From: the human T2T-CHM13v2.0 reference genome, Homo sapiens
DNA: 64,000 bases
Assembly: GCF_009914755.1 (NCBI RefSeq)
Contig: NC_060932.1
Reading direction: 5' to 3' (one strand)
Positions within the stretch are counted from its first letter, which is position 1; each line of letters starts with the position of its first letter. The notes beneath the pieces are model-generated. The model had not been told where the DNA came from. It saw nothing but the letters and a program-made list of their open reading frames with translations, and did no database searches. The translations under genes were made by a program, and so were the position numbers. Positions 13,937-31,526 of the stretch are shown in pieces.

Positions 13937-15349
13937 CCCAGACGAATAACTGGGAAGCAGCATAGTATACTGGTTAAAAATCCCTTTATCATTAGTGAAA
14001 TGTAGTAATTTAAGTATATATGCATCAGGTAAGTATTGTCAATTCAAATGATTGAGAAGCCGTAAAGAACTAGACTGAAGTCAGTGATTTCATTTGAGAT
14101 TCCTAACACCCTTAGGAAGTTAGTTGGTGAGGGCCAGAGGCAACATACATGGGAGTGCGAACTTACTGGCAGTGTGGCAGCTTCACAATCTCTTAGGGTG
14201 TCAAACAGAATTAAAAGCACGAGACAGGTCTTTTCAAATCTGTTGAGGTTGGCTTTGCCAGATGTGCCATCTGAACCAGAAAGGGGATCAATTCTATGCA
14301 ACACAATATCCTGGAATCACTTTGGATGCCAGTTTTGGCCTGCTTGTCTTGTTTCTCCTGTGTAGTATTCTGCTCTCTGTGGTGTAAAGAAGTTTCAATT
14401 CTACTTCTGATGGAGAGTGTATGACATTATTCCCTATAATCAATAAGAGAAAGTTTACGTTTTATCATTCACGAAGGTTTACTTTCTAAAAATTTAAATA
14501 ATTATTAATTATCATAGTTTTATTTCACTTAGAAAACTAGGAAATGAAGATCTTTTTTCAAGAAAATCCTATTTTATCATTAACATTCATTAAGAACAGA
14601 AACATGCTAAATCATAATTTTTAAAAAAGTTGTAATCATGGCACTCAGACAGATGTAAAATGAACACATGTGAAAGATTTATTTAACTGATAAATTAATG
14701 AGGGAACAAATAAAGCATTCCAATGATTTCAAAGAATTAAACCCTCACTTACATAGTCATAAAGGAATGCTGAAATGACATTATAAATCGATGGAAAAAT
14801 TGGCAAATTTAATCACTATCCATAGGATAACACTCTATCGCATTCTAATGGACACAATTTACACTTATATGGACAAAAGGCATTTGCACTGCTACCACTT
14901 TCTACAAATTCCATAATTGTAAAATAGCTGAAGTCAATGAAGTCCCAGAGCTTCTGTAAAATCAGGCATGCTCGAAAAATGACTTGTTTTTCATTGATAC
15001 ACCCAATCATCTTTTGTTTTTTTTCCTAAGTCTTTTACAAATTCATACTACAATTTCCTTGGAAAGAAAAGCCACCAAGTGGAATGAGTTGGAAAAGAAG
15101 ATGAAGTACAATCCCAAAGTGTAGTGTAGGATGGCAAAATAGTCATGTACATTTATTTAAATATTTTGCATTTACTTTGTAATGTTTTTCACAACCTACT
15201 GTACTTTTCTGACTTTGTTATTACTCTCTCTCTTTCATTTTCCCAGATTCTATTAATTTATACTAATAGCTCTTAATCTTAAGTAACTTTTACAATTCCC
15301 AAAATAAATGGGCTTCATAAGTATAATTCACTTAAAAATTGTGGATTTT

Positions 15350-15490
15350 GGCCCAGCTCATGCCTGTAATCCCAGCACTTTGGGAGGCCGAGGTGGGCAG
15401 ATTGCAGTCCAGGAGTTAGAGACCAGACTGGGCAACATGGTGAAACCCCATCGCTAAACACACACACATACACACACATACACACCCCAC
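15350..15490 (+). mobile_element. Alu left monomer (FLAM or truncated) with CA-rich tail
   Basis: gctcatgcctgtaatcccagcactttgggaggccgagg...catggtgaaacccc, then CA repeats. Confidence 0.88.
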
Positions 15491-17478
15491 ATGGATAGTA
15501 TGAACCATTTCATTAACAAATGCAACAAGAAAGTTATTTACAAACTTTACAAATTTAGCTGTGTACATAAAGGGAATTTCATTTTAACGGAAGTGATTTT
15601 TAACAGAAGGATTAATTCTTTGTCAGTGGAAGCAGTCCATTACATGTATCCAGAGTGGAGTGTGACTTTGTTTGTTTTATAATATGCTTCAGGGAATCTT
15701 ATTTTACAGGGGTTCCATGGTTATGGAAGTAAAATTAAAGTGATTAAACCATTTTGAAAGATAGAAACTGATGTTTTGTGCATTAGTGACATATTAATAC
15801 CAAATGAAAAGAAATACTTAGTTGATTCAGAATTAAAACAGCCAATGGTAGAAGTTTGAGCAAAGAAGTAATTTTTTTTTCTTGAAATACACTGAACTTT
15901 CAGGGTCACATATGATAAATCACTGATTGGTTGCATTTAGAGAATCTAAAAATAAGCTCTTCATGTGGATCAACAATGCTGCTGAAGTTTGTAAAGCACT
16001 TATTCTGTTAGAAGATAGAATAATATATTGATTCAGAGCTAGCAACCATGTTCCATGTGATAAATATCACTATTTCCCACCACTCCTAGTCCCTGTACAT
16101 TTGCTGTAATTATGGTGAAAGTGTTTTAGAAAAAGAATGAATAGGATTTCTTCTAAAAGTAACACAAAGAAGTTGCTCTTGGGAATATGAAAAAGTTTGT
16201 ACTACACTCAGATACAGTTTAATATTCTTGTGGAAAATGTATATCTGAATAAGTTGGCAAAGAGGGACACGTCAGCTTTTGTATTTTAAAATGTTCAAGA
16301 TTTTAGCTCTTTGACCCCATCAAAAAGAATTATATGTAGCCTTATGGGTTGAGCTTTAGACATACATAGTGGTGCTTGTTGGCACTGATAAAGTGAACAG
16401 GTGCGTTATATTACTAGCTCTATTCCGGGGAAAACCAAAGTAAAACATTTAAATCATCTATTAACAGTAATATTTGTACTATCTTTATGATTACAATAAT
16501 TCAACATTTTAAAGTTCTTCCCAAACTACATATTTTACCAAGCTAATGTTCCATTTGTACTTTAGGCAATTTGCATTAATTAGAGAATAGTTGAATGCTG
16601 CTTATCTGTTCAGGAATAAAGCCATTAAAACCAAAAACCAATCAGTAGTATTGCTTGATATGCTGAACTATTGTGGGAAAATAATAACACAATTGACTTA
16701 CTACTCATATCTTTTTCATGAAAACAAATTTTAGTATTTCAATCAAAAAGCTAAATAACCAAAATATTTTTAAATTAAAAACACTTTTTCATGATCACTT
16801 TAAATTTTTCTGTTTTAAAGGAATCACTTCCGCAATTTCATTTTCCCTTATGTATCCAAAATGTCTATTTTTCATATTTCTTCTTTGAACATCAGAGACT
16901 ATGTCACATTTTTTAAAAACTGCAGCAGTGTGATTTCCCTCTCTGAAATTTTACTTCTGTTATCTTCTACATAGTTATGGAGTTTTAAATCTACAATTTT
17001 TTACATTTATGCTGTTTTTCGGTGTAGCTCAGCAAGATCAAATTTAATAATTCATAAATTTAAAAAAAAGCAAGTTAAAGTCCTTACAATAAACACTGGT
17101 TTATATCTAAATGGTATATTCCAAGATTGAGTGTCTTTTTTTTTTTTTTGCTGACTTTCCCTGCAATAGGCCATCTAGTGCCTCTCACATTCTACTCTCT
17201 AAAGGAATCTAGACCTAGATAGATACTACTTATGAAGTACAAGAGATCATCTAATCCAGTAACTATCCCATTCTATCCCAAAAGAGACTTTAGCATGCCT
17301 TGGATTCACCAGGATAAAAAGCTGTGCCTTCTGACCCCTGGGGCAGTGAGTTTCTGCTGTGGAGCCCATCTCTCCTATGATAGGAGTTTAAGTTTTAATC
17401 CAATTAAAAGGCCATTTTCAAGAGCTGCTTGTGCTAAAAATCTTGTGCTTTTATTTTTAAAATGAAAATCACTTTTGA

Positions 17479-18576
<1,098 letters not shown>

Positions 18577-19485
18577 CTTTCAATATTAAAAATAAACTTT
18601 TTTAGAACAGTTTTTGATGTACAGAATTATTAGATAGATAATACAGAGGTTGCTATGCCTCTTATTCAGTTTTAACTATTACTGATACTTTATGTTAGTA
18701 TGGGGCACTGGTCACAGTTAACAGACCAGTATTGATACATTATTAGTAACCATATCTGTACTGTGTGCAGCTTTCCACAGGTTTTCCCTGTCATTTTCTC
18801 TTCCATGATCGCATCCAGGATCCACATTACATTTAGTCATTGTGTCTCCTTAGGCTTTTCTTGGTTGTGACCCTTTCTCACAACCAAGCTTTCCCTGTGT
18901 TTAAAGACCACAATGGCTATCAGGAGTACAGCTCAGATATTTTGCAAATTGTTCCTCCGTTGATATTTATGTGATATTTTCATCATAATTAGATTGGGTT
19001 AACGTGTTTTTAGGAGGAAGACCACAGAGGTAAAATTTAATTTTCATCACATCCTGTCAAGGGTACATCCTATCAATATGCTGTATTGCTGTTGACCTTG
19101 GTCACCTGGCTAGAGATAGGGTTTGTCAGGTTTCTTCACTGTAAAGTTACTTTTATCCTTTCCCTATCCCTCCTGAACTATTTGAAAGAAGGTCACTAAA
19201 CACAGCCCACACTTAAAAAGTGGGAAGTTATTCCCCACATCCTTAAGGGTGGAGAATTTACATAAATTATTTGAAATGCTCCTGTATACACATTTGTCTA
19301 TTCTCATCCATTCATTTATTTATTTGAACATTTATTTTTATCTATATGGACTTACAGATATTTATTGCATATTTTGGATAATGACCCAATACTGGCTTAT
19401 GTGTTTTGTTACTCAAATTGTTCTAGCTTTGGCTAATGACAGCTTTTTCAGTTAGTCCCTTATCTTTTTGACATACTTCCATCAT

Positions 19486-19536
19486 TGTGTATGTGTGTGT
19501 ATGTGTGTGTGTGTATGTGTGTGTGTGTGTGTGTGT
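19486..19536. repeat. Imperfect (TG)n microsatellite
   Basis: Direct reading. Confidence 0.95.
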
Positions 19537-19771
19537 TTTCGAGTACTTTCTTGCTTTTTGGCACTGCCAGATGGTTCGGCTTATCTTGTACATTTCCTCC
19601 CTCAGTCCTAGGGAGTCCAATCATTTATCCAGAAACCCTGGTTCTTTCACTGGAGAATGATTTTAGAAACCAAGATTGGGGTCGTAGGTGTGTTAATTGC
19701 TACTGAGTGTCATTGCTTCTAAGTCTTCTCAGGTGCCAGAGTAGAGAAACATATGTGTATATATGAATATG

Positions 19772-19942
19772 GGCCAGGCATGGTTGCTCACACCTGTAAT
19801 CTCAGCTACTTGGGAGGCTGAGGCAGGAGGATCACTTGGGCCCTGGAGGTTGAGGTGAGTCATTATCTCACCACTACACTCCAGCCCAGGCAACAAAGTG
19901 AGAGTCTGTCTCAGAAAAAAAAAAGAAAATAAATAAATAAAG
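19772..19942 (+). mobile_element. Alu right monomer (FRAM-like)
   Basis: ggccaggcatggttgctcacacctgtaatctcagctacttgggaggctgagg...gagtctgtctc, A-rich tail. Confidence 0.88.
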
Positions 19943-21029
19943 AAATACATATCAACATTTCTGTGTGTAGCCATCTGTATATATAGTAAGGTAAACATGA
20001 ATTCATACCGACGTCTTTAACTCTAATACATTATGCACGGATCATTCCAGTCTCTTTCCCCTGCTTATCTGTAAATTGCCACACCAGCAGTGAGAAACCT
20101 GGCTCCCCTCATCCATTTACTTTACTGTTCATTTCCAGAGTACATATATAGTGGTTTCAGAATTGTTAACCCGTACTCCTATGGAAAGCAAGTTTATCAT
20201 CTCGAGTACAGTGCATATGTAGAGTTCCTTTAGCCTTTGGTCTTACAAACTCCACTCATTTTCAAAGTTAGTTAGGTTAGCACCTTATTTCCTCCCCCTT
20301 CAGTGAGGTTGTTTCATACATCTGTAACACATTTATGTTCTTTCTTTTTTGATATATTGCCATTCATTCTTGGATTCCCCAACTTCCTAATTGATTTTTT
20401 TTCATTTGCATACATTAAAGCTTATGGTATAAAATTCTATGGATTTTGACAAATGCTTAGTGTCTTGCATTTGCCATGATGATATCACACAGAATAGTTT
20501 TACTGCCCTAAAATATATCCTGTGCATCACACAACCAACCCACCACTCCACTTCCAAACTTCTGGAAAATTGTGCTGTTTTGAAACTCTAGATTGGGGCT
20601 GAACTTCTCCAGAATTTGACATCAAAATGAAAGCCGTGGCAGATAGAATATTTATCTCATAAAGGAACTGTTTTAAGCAAAGTGGACATTTAATGACTGG
20701 TGGTGTCATGTTTCTTAAATATCAAGGGTTGTGGAACTTTATTTTTACCTTGTTAGTATTTGTCTGAATAAAAATAAAGCACAATATCTCATATTGGAGA
20801 AAAATATAATTGAAAGGGGGTAGAGATGATGAGTGAATTTGAGAGATAAAGAGTGAATTGACAGATCATACTGATTTTATGTTTTTAATTTTCCAAATAT
20901 GTTTGAAAACATGTTCTTGAGTCGTGGCTCAATAAATTTAAAGTCGTTATTTTGTTCTAGAGGAGAACCATCTTTCCCCTCTCCTTCCTTTTTACCCTTC
21001 GTCCTCTCCTTTCTTTTCTTCGTTACCTC

Positions 21030-21690
21030 CTCCTATATGAATGTTTACCTAGTAAGTCCCTATCTTGTGCAAGGGATATAGTAGATGCTAGGAATGCATA
21101 GGTGAAAAAAGTTATTTATGACCTCAAGGACCTTTTTTATTATTTTTAAGGACGGAAAAGATGAAAGTATAATTATTACATGGTATGATTCTATTGGTAT
21201 AATAGGCACATAAAGGAATAGAGGAGTAACTCTGCCTTGCAGGATCAGGGAAGACTTCCAGTAGAAGTGACTCCCGAGCCTTGGAAGAGGAGTGTTAATG
21301 TTTAAGACAGATAAGGAAATGCATTGTAGAGCTACCAGTTAATTATAGCTGGAGTGGTCAAGGTGGGATTGAGAGAATAGTATGATAGAACATGTTAGAC
21401 AAGTATGGATCATGCAGGGCTTTGAGTTTAAATCTTACCCAGGGAATAATGAATAGAGCCACTGAAAAATTATAAGCAACATAGTGATTACATCATATGG
21501 CAACTTAAAAAGCGTGCTCTGGCAGATGACTGGTGGGAGAATTAGACAGGATATGATACATGATCCTGGAAAACTTCCCAGATGGCTATTACTACAGTCA
21601 GGGTGGGAGATAATGAGGGTCTGCTTTAGTTCAATGACAGAAGGGAAAGAGCAGCAAGGAAGTATATGAGAAATATGTTAACAAACTTTA
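21030..21690 (-). mobile_element. L2 remnant
   Basis: tcagggaagacttccagtagaagtga...ggatcatgcagggc...gagccactgaa...ggctattactacagtcagggtgggagataatgagg; typical antisense L2. Confidence 0.7.
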
Positions 21691-22147
21691 GAAAGTGAGA
21701 AGAGGAAGGAGGCAGTGAAGTAATACTAGGAGAGTAAAATCGAAGATGTTCTCTAAATCCCATTCATCTTCATTCTCATTAAAGGGAATTTGAAACCTTG
21801 ATGGCAAAGAGGCACATTTTATGCCATTTTATATTGAATATTTCATGATTATGTTTCCAAGAATGAGTGTCAACATTTCCATAAAAATATTAATTCATAA
21901 GGAATACAGTTCAGGTGTTTCTTGACTCTAAATGTTATTAAAAGAAGAATGTAAAAAATGAGTTCAGAGTTTGTAGTATGTCTATGACATGAAAATGAAT
22001 TTAAAGTTAGAGCTCTCCTTTTTTTAATGAGGAAATTATTCTGATGGTTTTTGAAGATGCAGTTCATAAAGATTGAAGTGATTATCCACATTAATGTTCA
22101 TGATATCAAAACAGAGTTTAATCTAAAATAAATGTGTTCTTTTGCAG

Positions 22148-22241
22148 GATGAATCCTTAAAGCAATTGCAGGTAGTTCATCAACCATGGATCTTGCCAAG
22201 TGACACAGAAAGTGAAGGAGTGGAAGCAGAACAAGAGAAAC
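22148..22241 (+). CDS. C8orf34: C8orf34 coding exon (third from last), 94 nt, [31 protein letters not shown] + 1 nt, phase 0/1
   Basis: tcttttgcag|GAT acceptor; AAAC|gtgagt donor; 31 open codons plus C, which completes CGT (Arg) with the next exon. Confidence 0.95.
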
Positions 22242-23283
22242 GTGAGTAGACACTATTGTTTATTGACAAATTTCTTTTACCAGAAGGAAATCCACAATAA
22301 AGCTATTTCACTTTCATAGCAATAAACAACTTCTGTAAAAAAAAAAAAATCCAGACTCTGTTAGGAAGAACATGTAAAGACAAGCTATCCTTCAGGTCTA
22401 TGTCTTCATTCAGTAACATCTTAATTATGGTACAGAGACTCATAGACTAACTTTCTAGAAAAAAAAAGCAATTCTTTCTAAAGACCAACATAGACTGTCT
22501 AGTTGGAATATGAATCTTCTATGAATAGTCTACGATTACATCAGTGATAATTTATAATTATTTTCAAAATTTCAAAGTATGTCAGGATCAGCTGATTATT
22601 ATATATGAAATTATACTCATTAGTTAAATGAAGATATTTACATATGTAGACACTGTTCTAAGTTCACAAAACAAGTTAATATTATAAGATAACTGAAAAC
22701 AAGTAGACTAATGGCTCTTGGTTCAAGTCACCATATTCTAATAATAATGAGGAATGAATCACTATACTAATGCCATGGCTCAGTGCATGCTCTCCAGGGT
22801 TTGTTGAAATTGTAAGACATATGGGCCCAGAAATCTGGTTGAGAAGTTAGTATCAAATTTTATTTATTTATTTTTCTAGTGGTAGCCCTCAGAGAAAAAT
22901 AACAATTGTATGTGATAATGTAGCCCTCATGATAATTGGTGTGATGTGATGAATAAATAATTCTCCTGAGCCATAACCATGAGAAATACTGATATGTTAC
23001 ATAGGTAGCATTATAATCATGAATCTGGAGAATCCAGGAAATTACACTTCCAGGTTAAAAGCCATTTTAAAATGTTCTTATCCCACTTCCCCACTTCCAT
23101 ACTGTGGGTTTATGTGGTCAGAGGGAGCACAGGCATGAGAGTGAGTGCTCAGGTTAGAGGAGGAGGATGGAGGCCAAGGTTCACTCAGCTGTCACATTCA
23201 GGAATAGAGTAAAAAACACAGTGGTACTTTATAGATTCTATTGAAGGAAAACAGCAACCATCTTCTATAGAAAACAACTGATA

Positions 23284-23573
<290 letters not shown>

Positions 23574-25449
23574 GATAACAACTGATAAAGATGGAGAAAG
23601 TAGAATGTACTTTAAGCAAGTACAAAAGCAAAGAGTATTTTGGAAGTCCCTTAATGCAAGGAATCCTAAGTAAAATGGTTTAGAAAATATAATACTGTGG
23701 GATACAGAGAAAATAATCCCCAAATGTGAAAGTATTAATAGTGCTCCAAAAGTTTTATGAAAAAATGCAAACATATCCACATCCCCCCATCTTCCCACAT
23801 ATTTAAATATACATAATCTCTCATTCTAGATTTTGGCTGTAGTGGTTTTTCACCAATTCTTTTGAGGCCTTCGAAAATTTCATGTTAAAAAAAACCTTCA
23901 AGCACTGTGGGTGTGTATTGTATAAACACAATATGGGAAAGTGTGCTAGTTTTACTGTTAGATCCTACAAGAGGTGCCCAAAGTGGGCAAAACTGGTAAA
24001 CAACATCCTTATAGAATGCAGAGCATGTTAATTATATGAGTGTGCTATATTTTATAATAAACTAAAACTTAGACAAGAAAATAATCCATCAAAATAGTAT
24101 ATTATATCCAGTTTCAAATTTAGTCTTCTTTTCTTTTCCTTAAATCCATATATCTCCAATCAATATTAAGAGTAGAAAACATAGCCTAATCATGTAAAGG
24201 ATATGCAAATCCCCAGAACTTTCTTCAACCCTTGTCACCTAATACGCATTGCCTTTCTGCTTATATTTTTACAATATTTTGGCAATAAGTTTTAATTTTC
24301 TTCTCTTCTACTAGGGTACAAGTTATTTGAGGGAAAGGGTCCATTCCCTTTTTCATCTTATTGAGACACAAAATAAGCCTTCAATAAATATCAGAAGAAT
24401 TAGTAAATGAATGAGAAAATGAATGGATTTATTTTTTTCCAACTTGTTTATCAGGACAGCTAGAAATTAAAAAATAAAACAAAATAACTATTATAACTAT
24501 GAATAACTGTTATAAAAGTTATTTATACTTTTATTAAAATTTTAATATTGGATTTATAGTTTATCCATGGGTTTTGCTAAATGGTCCATCAATCACTCTA
24601 AGAAAGTCCATTCCTGAACTCTTGTAACCATAGAACTAGAACCAAAAATATTTGATCTTAGCAATGTTGTACTGGGAGATGACCCTTGACAATGGTAAAT
24701 TGCTTGAAATAAAATCAGGGTTTAAAGTAATTGGGTAGTAATGGGAGCCATCTGGAAATGGAATGCTAGTTAGCATTGTAGCCAAGCTCCCAGCACAGAG
24801 ATGCAAATAAGAGTAGCTTCCATCAACCAGGTGCTGGGACATGTATACATTGGAGCCACTGAAGCATTGGTATCTCCACTGATACTTTCAGTCAACGCAT
24901 GTGGTTTGCAGAACAGCTGGCTAGATATGCATAGATCATCTGCCTCTGTCTCAGGAAAAGGAAATAAATGACATAAATCTTTGTGAGCCCAGTATCTGAT
25001 TTAGAATTTACAGGCTCATATCCTAGAAACTTATGAGTGAGGAAGATGACAAGTTTATCATTTCAACAACACCTGTTTCTTGACTCAGCTTTCTATAAAT
25101 TATGCCTAGGTAATTTTATGGGATTGTCTAATTTCTCTTGAGACAAGATCATCTTGGCAGATAGCTTCCAAATAACGTCAGGGGTAATGCATATTTCTTA
25201 TTGCACCATTTAAAAATAAGACTTAGCTCAAATAAATTTTTATAAATCAGCACCTTTAGGAAAAGATATTGTGAACAATTAAATAGGGAGCTTTATAAAC
25301 TTTTTATAAGCAAGATAAGCAAAACCCTTGATTAAATAGATTTTTTTTCTTTGCTTTTAATTAAAAAGTATAAATTCAAGTGTGAAAAAACTTGTGTCAG
25401 GGTTGTGTTTCTTTCTAATCTCTCAGATTATGGTCTGAAGTCACTAAAC

Positions 25450-25612
25450 AAATCAAATTCCAAATATTTGAATCTACTGGGGTACTTGTTTAACACTCAT
25501 ATTCTGGGACTCTATTTCAGACCTACTAAATCAGAATCTCTGTGGCTGGGACTCTGAATTCTGCATTTTTCATACTTTGGTAATATTTGCTTATTCTAAA
25601 AGTTGAGAACTA
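25450..25612. mobile_element. MER5-like MITE
   Basis: cagacctactaaatcagaatctctgtggctgggactctgaattctgcattttt. Confidence 0.65.
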
Positions 25613-25801
25613 GAAGAAAAATTTCAATGAGTCAGAGGGTTATGTTTTCTGAATCAGCTTCATAGTATTGTTAAACTTTGGGTCTTCTTTTTCTAGGCTT
25701 CTTTCCTCATCTATAAATAAGTTTGAATATAAAATGTGAGTCTGGAGAAAAAGGAAGGCTAAAATTTGAAGAAATATACATGGAGAAGACATGCAAGACA
25801 G

Positions 25802-26153
25802 TGTATTAGTCGGTTTTCACACTGCTATAAAGAACTGCCTGAGACTGGGTAATTGTAAAGAAAAAAGGTTTAATTGACTCACAGTTCCCCATGTCTGGGG
25901 AGGCCTCAGGAAACTTACAGTCATGGCAGAAGGAAAAGGAGAAGCAAGCACTTTCTTCTAAGGAGAGAGAGAGAGCAGTGAAAGCCACACATTTTTAAAC
26001 CATCAGCTCTCGTGAGAACTCATTATCAAGAGAACAACAAGGGGGATATCTGCCCCCATGATCCAACTACCTCCCACCAGGCCCCTCTTCTGACACATGG
26101 GGATTACAATTTGACATGAGATTTGGGTGGGGACACTGAGCCAAATAATATCA
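25802..26153 (-). mobile_element. Solo MaLR LTR (MSTA/THE1D-like)
   Basis: tgtattagtc...atatca termini; perfect 5-bp TSD GACAG (25797-25801 / 26154-26158). Confidence 0.93.
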
Positions 26154-26699
26154 GACAGGTCCTCCAGACTGTGGGTTCAATGCTTACAAAATCAAAACAC
26201 AAAACATTTAGAATCAATTTAGCCAGTACCCTCTAATTACATTTTAGATTTTTAAAAACACAAATAAATAAGCTAAAAACACACAAGCAAACAAACAACC
26301 AAACCAAACCAAACCAACAAAACAACACAAATGTCCCAAATAAAGAAATAATAGCCAAAGTCACAGATGAAAGCTAATGCTGTCATAAAACATTAAGACT
26401 TCCCCACTTGGGTTTGGGTCCTAGTTCTTCCTGAGGTCTTAATGTCTGTAACAATAGGTAATTTGGCCCTGGGTCTCCTTAAGGCAGGGAGATTGAGATG
26501 ATGACACGGTATAGAGCCTGTCACCTGCAAGGACTGACTCAGGTATAAAAAGGGAAATAAAATACCTGTACTCTCTAACTGTGGAACAAGCCATGAAATT
26601 TGCTATTGGTATTAGACTTTGAACGAAAAATGTAAAGATACACATAGGGAATCAAACTCTCAGCTCTGTACTTTGGTTATTCGGTTCAAACTTAAACTA

Positions 26700-28150
<1,451 letters not shown>

Positions 28151-28188
28151 GGTAAACATGTTGTCAACCTTTAAGAATTACTGGCAAA

Positions 28189-28540
28189 CATAAAAAGGAA
28201 CAAGATCATATTCTTTGCAGGGACATGGATGAAGGTGGAGGCCATTATCCTCAGCAAACCAACGCAAAGACAGAAAACCAAACACCAAGTGTTCTCACTT
28301 ATAAGTGGGAGCTGAATGATGAGAACACATGGACACATGCAGGGGAACAACACTGGGGCCTGTCTGAAGTAGGGCAGAGCATCAGGAAGAATAGCTAATG
28401 GATGCTGGGCTTAATACCTATAGGTGGTGGGATAATCTATGCAGCAAACCACCATGGCACACATTTACCTATGTAACAAACCTGCACGTCCTGCCCATGC
28501 ACCCTGAACTTGAAATAAAATAAAAGTTGAAGATTAAAAA
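28189..28540 (+). mobile_element. L1PA 3' end (L1PA14/15-like), 5' truncated
   Basis: L1PA 3' UTR text; perfect 13-bp TSD aattactggcaaa (28176-28188 / 28541-28553). Confidence 0.93.
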
Positions 28541-28860
28541 AATTACTGGCAAAAATTAAAAAAAGTATTAATTTCCAATAGAAAACAGGAAATGAGGGGG
28601 AGAAAAATATGGTACGTATAAAAATGTATTGGTATAAATAAGTCTAAATAGTTCATAATTACAAAAACCTGGTATAATAAATAAATGGTGATGTGAAAGT
28701 GCTGCTTAATCTAGTTTCATTTATTATTAACATAACAAATGTTATATTCATAAGCTATGAGGGTCTTTAAACTTATAGGTGCATGCAGGTTGAGTATCTC
28801 TTATCTGAAATTATTGGAACCAGAAGTGTTTCAGATTTTTGATATTTTTGATTTCGGAAT

Positions 28861-29555
<695 letters not shown>

Positions 29556-29679
29556 TGAAATCAGCATTTCCTTTGTACGTCATGTCAATGCTCAAAATGT
29601 TTTAGATTTGGGAACATTTTGGAGTTTGGATTTTCAGATTTTTGGATAAGGGATACTCTGTATATGTATATTCATATAC

Positions 29680-31060
29680 TCTATAGGTAACTGTTAATTT
29701 TTATTTGTTCTATTTTTATTCTGTTCCTCAGATTGCATAATGTACATTGACCTATCTTCAAGTTATTTTTTCCATTATGACTGTTAAAATCTGCTGTTGA
29801 GCCCTTCTAGTGGATTTTTATTTCCATTTCAGAATTTCTAGTTTGTTCCCTTTATAATTTGTATCTCTTTACTGCTGGTCTCCATTTGGTGACCCATCAT
29901 TCTCATACTGTAATTTATTTGACATAATTGCCTTTAGTTGTTTGAATATATTATAGTAGCCCCGATTAAAAGTCTTTGTCTGGTAAGTTAATCATCTGGA
30001 CTTCCTCATGGACAGTTTTTATTGACTGCTTTTTTTTTTTTTTTTCCTATTTATGGGCCACAATTTCTTGTTTCTTGGCATGTCATTTATTATTTTTGTT
30101 TTGTTGTTGAAAACTGGACATGTAATATAACATAATGTGGAAACTCTGGACTTCAGACCCTTTCTCCTAGGGTTTGTTATTGCTGCTGTTTGTTTTGCTG
30201 TTGCTGCTGCTGCTGCTGTTTCTTTATCTAGCAACTTCTGTGAAGTAATGCAGGTCAAGTCTATGTTACCTGTTGTACTCAGCCATTGAAGTCTCTGCTA
30301 AGTAGCATAGTGGTCAGCTAATGACTGGACAGGTGTCAAGGCATTTTATGAACACTCAAGTAGTTTTTAACTCTGCTTCCACAGAGCCTCTATGTCAACC
30401 AGAGGTGAGAGATAGAGCCTTATGTAGAGCTTTATGGAGTCTTTCCTAATAGGTGCACAGCACTACACATCTCTGTGGCCTTCCATGGAAGTCTCATTTA
30501 CCAGATTTTCTTCTAAACTTTTTTGGTAAGCTTCTTGTTTAGCCCAGCTGGTATCACTCCCTTAGACAGCTGTGATGTAACCCTACTGTCCCTGATTGTT
30601 TTTGACAAACATCCTAAGGGCAGAGGTTCTCACTGAGTGAGCTTTAATTCAAGTGAAATAAAGAACAGCCCTTTAAGGCAGCTTCCATATAAGTCAAGGA
30701 GTGACAATTGTCTGAGGGTGCCGCATTTGGGAAAACGTCAAATACATCCTTCCCTCTCTAACAGTTGCTAGGCTGCCTGGTTCACAGCCACTGTCATTGT
30801 GAGTCTGCTGATTTTTAAGGCTACTGCAGAGCTAGAGAGAAGTGTATTGACATACGGCAAGTTAAAACCCCACATAACTCACTTGTTCTTATTGAGATTC
30901 AGCCGTTTTTCTTGAGTTAATGTTCTATGGGTTGTTGTAAGCCTTTGGTTTATTGCCAGAGTTCTGAAAAAAGTTAATTTTGATGATTATTTTTGCCATT
31001 GTTCTTATTGCTTTTCAGGAGCCCCTGATTTTTGGAGATTCCTATACCACCTTTCTGCAA
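29680..31060 (-). mobile_element. Old L1 5'/ORF1 remnant
   Basis: T-rich antisense ORF1 text (gacctatcttcaagtt...aatctgctgttgagcccttctagtggattttt). Boundaries approximate. Confidence 0.6.
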
Positions 31061-31526
31061 GTGTTTCTCTACTCCTATAGTCCTTGATTTCATCAGCTTA
31101 GTTTTCTCTTTATTTGAGGAATGGAAGTATGATATTTTCAAAATCGGGTATAGAACCAGATTAAATCTGCCTCTTTGGGCCCTAGTTTCATGAGAAGCTA
31201 TTAAAAACAATTCTGTGGAAAAATAAGTTTTGGTAAAGTCTGCATATTACAATATTTGAGAAATTCATAATTGTAAGACCATATCATTGATATAACAACA
31301 GCTTTTCAAGAGGAGCAAAGCAACTCTATAATTTTAAATGAACAGATCAAATATAATAAGCATCCTGGTTTAAAATGGGGGAAATGTTGTCCATTATTGG
31401 ACTTGAGGAAATGGCACAGAGACTCTTCTAAAATATTTACATAATCCAATCACTGGGTAGTCCTGTGGCAATGAGATCTGCATGACTTTGATTAGTTCAG
31501 CTTTTGAAAAATATATTTGAGTTCTT

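Larger units (their letters stand above)
18590..20620 (-). mobile_element. Old L1 (L1MC-like) 3' region with nested (TG)n and FRAM
   Basis: Antisense L1MC 3' UTR motifs (ttatcttgtacatttcctccctcag...ccctggttctttcactggagaatgattttagaaaccaag). Boundaries approximate. Confidence 0.75.

Noticed and set aside
14816-15936. Short ORFs in non-repeat intronic DNA as a possible pseudogene or extra exon
   Set aside because: No recognisable protein similarity, and I found no consistent splice-site and phase pair on the + strand.
17169-17182. CTCF-like motif ggccatctagtgcc (also cgccctcttcagt near 8693)
   Set aside because: Partial matches with mismatches at informative positions; not supportable without a PWM scan or ChIP data.
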